Below, piece after piece: positions 47,745-51,754 of a stretch of 51,754 nucleotides of DNA. Below the pieces are notes generated by a model. That model searched no databases. It saw only the letters and a program-made list of their open reading frames with translations, and had not been told where the DNA came from. Every line of letters begins with the position of its first letter. The stretch's first letter is position 1. Both the position numbers and the translations under genes were made by a program. This stretch comes from Psammoneis japonica (lineage: Eukaryota): positions 372,001 to 423,754 of the forward strand of contig QPGO01000030.1 of NCBI GenBank assembly GCA_008632985.1, read 5' to 3'.

Positions 47745-50684
47745 TTACATACTGGTGGATCCAAAATGCTGTACAACTTTCAAGAGGGAGGTTGTCTTCA
47801 TGTTGAGACTGGGGGTGCCATCATCAAAATCAACCATGAAGGTGTTGCCATTGACCTTTCGCGCAAGTTTGCCTCGCAAGCCCTGATACTTTGGTTTGTG
47901 CTGATACGTGTCCTTCACTTGAATAACGTCGCCCACCAAAGCAGTGATTCCTTGATATTCAACGAGGTCTTCGGCTGGAGCTTGGCTCGCTTCCGACTCC
48001 TCCTCGGCGGAAATTTGCGCATCTGCTTTTGAATCTTCTTCGGCGTCTGGCGCAGGCTCTACTTCTTTCACGTCTTCGGATGCTTCATCCTCCTCCGATT
48101 CCTCGGCAGCGTCAATGGAGGGCACTGGCACTTCCTCTTGGGCATCGGACGTGGACTTTTCGTCGCTTCCAACTTCGCCTTGATTTTCGGCGCCTACTTC
48201 TGAGTCTGCCATGGACGCATCTTTTTTGGGGAAATCGCTGCCAACTTCTGGACCCGTCATGTCGGAGATTTCGGTGGACAAACGAGGAGAGGTGCTGAGT
48301 TCTTCCCCATCTTTGGAGCCTTCCGCAGCTAAACGAGGAGGGTCCATTTGCATTTCATGCTTGGGTTCGGGTTCGTCGCCTGCCTGTGCGGGTTCACTCT
48401 CCACTCGGCCCGGACTGAAAAAGTAGTCCCACAAGGCGAAACGAGAACGACGGCTGGTCGCAGTCGTTTCACTGTCGAGGACCGCATTGCTGTCGACCGC
48501 ATCATCATCAGCATTGACCAGATTGTTGGAATCGGGTGCGTCCGCATCCATATCCACGTCGGGTTCCTCGTGCGATGACGACACTTCGGGCGCATTCGCG
48601 TCCATGCACGCTGTTGTTTCGGGTGCGGCATCGCTCGTCAAGATGGTCGAAGTTGCGGTTGTGACGGGAGACTCGGGTGAGGTTACTGTCGTTGGAACGA
48701 TCCCCTCGGGCGAGGCCTGCTCCTTGGGATTGTCGAGGATCACGGGCGAAGTTGCGGTCGTGACGGGAGACTCGGGTGAGGTTACTGTCGTTACAACGAT
48801 CCCCTCGGGCGAGGCATGCTCCTTGGGATTGTCGGGGTCCGAATCGTTCGTCAAGACAGGCGAAGTTGCGGTTGGGGTGGGCGCCTCGGGCGAAGTTACT
48901 GTCGTTACAACGATTCCCTCGGGCGACGCATGCTCCTTGGGATTGTCGGGGGAGGCTTGCTCCTTGGGAGTACCGAATTCATTCTCTTCCTCCTCTTTGG
49001 GATTGGCTGTAGGTCCCGAAGGGGAACGAGGCGGAAACAATGACACGGGCTGCATTCCAGGCACTTCGGTGCCTTCCACAGCAGTTTTCCGGCGCCGATG
49101 TGCTTCAGCTGCATCCATTTGTTGTTGAGCAACGGATTGGGGCACAGAATTGATTTGTTCTGAAAGCTCCCGAGTTGAAGCTCGCTGACTCTCAAGGAGA
49201 GTCTGCGTCATCTGCTTGAGCTGCGCCGACAAATCATCACTATTACCATTTCCACCGCTTTCATTGTTATGCTGGACATTGCTCTGGTGCATCGAGTTTA
49301 CGTAGGAGTAAGTTGCCCCTTCTGTCACGTTGACGAGGTGCACCACAGGGGCTGCTGCCGGAGGAGCTTCTCCGGCTGTGTGTTGCCGCTGAAGGAGTGC
49401 CAGAACTTGCTGCAAAGGCATATTATTGTTGTTATCTTGCCCATTTGCAAGCTGTGACATGCAACAATAATGCAACGTTTGTTAGATACATGCACAATGA
49501 CGAGGTCTGCAAGCAAGGAACCCCGTGGACGACTTACAGAAAGAGGCGCTCCGACGCCCGGGGCACGCGGCTGCCCTGCGTTGCCATTATTCGACTGTTA
49601 AAAATTTTGAAACGAAAGACAATCATCATGTGAGAGGAAAGGGAATACATATTGAACAACGAGGCCGTCGGAATCAAATCTCCCGACGATTCCTACTCGC
49701 TGTGTACTTTGTACTTACGCCAGTATTCTGCTATCACAAGAATTTACACACAAAAGAGACAATCAGATACATGCACAATGACGAGGTCGGCAAGCGAGGA
49801 ACCCTGTGGAAGACTCACCGAAAGACGCGCTCCGGCGCCCGGGGCAGGCGGCTGCCCGGCGTCGCCAGTACTCGGCTGTATTACAAGAAGACATCATCAT
49901 GTGAGAGGAAAGGGAATGAACAACGAGGCGGTCGGAATCAAATCTCCCGACGATTCCTACGCGCTGTGTACTTACGCCAGTATTCTGCTATCACAAGAAT
50001 TTACACACAAAAGAGACAATCAGATACATGCACAATGACGAGGTCGGTAAGCGAGGAACCCTGTGGAAGACTCACCGAAAGACGCGCTCCGGCGCCCGGG
50101 GCAGGCGGCTGCCCGGCGTCGCCAGTACTCGGCTGTATTACAAGAAGACAATCATCATGTGAGAGGGAAGGGAATACATATTATTGAACAACGAGGCCAT
50201 CGGAATCAAATCTCCCGACGATTCCAATACGCTGTGTACTTCGTACTTACGCCAGTATTCGGCTATTTTAAAGATTAAAACAAAAGAGACAATCATTTTG
50301 TGAGAGGAAAGGGAATACATATTGAACAACGAGGCCGGCGGCGGCCGGCGGAATTGAATTGCAATCGATAGGCACAATATACACGCAGCACACTCACATT
50401 CATGCGGGCCATGCATTTCTCCAATTTTGCTTCCATCCTCTTTTGATCCCTTTTCTTCAAAGCCTTGGCTTTGCTTTCTTCTTTGCGTCGCTTGGCCTCG
50501 GCTTCTTTCTGCTCTTGGCGTTGCTTGCGCAATTCCTCCACACTTATTCCCAATGACGCGGCTTGTTGCTTGTCAGCCAATTCCTGTTTCTCTTCCTCCT
50601 CTTCCTTTTCCCTTTGGCGTTGTTGGCCTTCGCTTTCCTATTGTACTCTCTCTTTTCCTCTTCACTTTCGAATTTCTTCGGCAT
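47745..50684 (-). CDS. Unknown protein: charged coiled-coil exon 1, acidic/Thr-Pro repeats and C-terminal KOW/SH3-like domain
   Basis: Exon 1 50684-50398 (MPKKFESEEEKREY..., one apparent 1-nt deletion). Donor GTGAGT at 50397, CTAAC branch point and CACAG acceptor at 49452, phase-0 join MARMN|LANGQD. C-terminus VGDVIQVKD..YQGLRGK..FMVDFDDG. Confidence 0.6.
48640..48970 (-). repeat. Coding repeats DNPKE(Q/H)ASPEGIV(V/P)TTVTSPE x3 plus a partial copy
   Basis: Visible at both DNA and protein level within the 576-aa ORF. Confidence 0.85.
49484..50336. repeat. Tandem array of ~257-281 bp units (3 plus partial), intronic
   Basis: AGATACATGCACAATGACGAGGTC starts at 49484, 49765 and 50022. A partial fourth unit re-enters via AGACAATCA microhomology at ~50287. 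Confidence 0.9.
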
Positions 50685-50870
50685 TGTTGATAGAAGTAGC
50701 TTCAGATGATCGTCGCAAAAGGATTCTTTTTGACAAGAGGGTTTATGGTGTAGTGTCTCATCTCATAGATAGTGTGGCAGTGCATGTAAGGCCCTACCGT
50801 ACTACCGTACGGTACGTATGGTAAACTCGTGATGGATGCTTGAGAACAGAGCGAGATGGCATTGGCGGGA

Positions 50871-51328
50871 GACGGACGTACGACAGACGCGCGTTTCTCG
50901 CGCTCGGCCGGCGCCGGCCCGGCTTGACAGAGATACTCCATTGGATTGACATACCAACAATACCAATTTGGTATTTTCTTATGTCAGTCCCGGTATTTTT
51001 GGTGTCAACCCTGCCAACCCGACGGACGTACGACAGACGCGCGTTTCTCGCGCTCGGCCGGCGCCGGCCCGGCTTGACAGAGATACTCTATTGGATTGAC
51101 ATACCAACAATACCAAATTTGGTATTTTGCTTATGTCAGTCCCGGTATTTTTGGTAGTCAACCCTGCCAACCCGACGGACGTACGACAGACGCGCGTTTC
51201 TCGCGCTCGGCCGGCGCCGGCCCGGCTTGACAGAGATACTCTATTGGATTGACATACCAACAATACCAAATTTGGTATTTTGCTTATGTCAGTCCCGGTA
51301 TTTTTGGTAGTCAACCCTGCCAACCCGA
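50871..51328. repeat. Three tandem ~150-153 bp palindrome-rich units
   Basis: GACGGACGTACGACAGACG starts at 50871, 51021 and 51174. Each unit has GGCCGGCGCCGGCC and AATACCAA(A)TTTGGTATT palindromes. Confidence 0.93.
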
Positions 51329-51754
51329 ATTCGCACACTCATGAGCGCGCTCGCACGCAAGCGGCGCCCCGGCGAGAGCAAATTCTGCAGGCAGAAAAGC
51401 AACGCAAAAAAACAAATAAGCCTCTGCCTTTGAGAGCATGCAATAGCGTTTAGAGGACTCTTGAACGTCGCCATTGTTTTGTAAGATATCTGCTTGGCGC
51501 AGAGCGAAGAACACAGGAAATCTCAACACCGCATTCCGTCTCCGAGGCAAAACCAGCACTTCCTTTTTGATGCAGTGGCTTGTTCCTCGGTCTCGACCCT
51601 CTCGGATTCGCACGAAAACGCTACTTGCTCGTGAACTATCAGTGTGACTGTAAGGTATTGAGTATCGAATAGGACCCCATAAGGAGTGAAGAAACATGTC
51701 GAGATGGCTCGACAAGCTTGACGATCTTGTAGACCGGGCTTTCATCGCAGAGCG

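Noticed and set aside
49484..51328. Tandem arrays as CRISPR, telomeric repeats or coding repeats
   Set aside because: Whole units repeat with no unique spacers. AACCCT occurs only once per unit. ORFs across the units shift frame between copies.

Overview
Gene-dense eukaryotic DNA, most likely from a diatom. This is inferred from the short GT-AG introns, a DUF6824-type gene, a bipartite plastid presequence and 72-nt LRR exons. About 15 host genes are recognisable: NPRL2, TMCO4/DUF726, plastid YqgF, a trypsin-fold protein with a Cys nucleophile motif, DUF6824, WW-NELF-C/D, myosin, ABCC transporter, a rhomboid-like pseudoprotease, ACBP, DDX46/Prp5, a NIPA-like transporter and several unknowns. 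The standout signal is two multi-kb blocks (about 2.4-8.9 kb and about 41.9-45.7 kb) from which the dinucleotide TpA is almost completely missing and TpG/CpA are abundant. By manual reading there is no TA at all over 7026-8492 and 43565-45744. The blocks contain decayed transposons (a CRE/R2-like non-LTR element, a hAT-like MITE, phased subterminal repeat arrays) and an LRR pseudogene. Paired copies inside them (TIRs, TSD, repeats) and a splice donor differ mainly by transitions at YpR sites. This suggests a repeat-targeted A-to-G/T-to-C hypermutation process, the mirror image of fungal RIP. Several single-base homopolymer frameshifts in otherwise intact genes look like assembly errors. All counts were made by eye.
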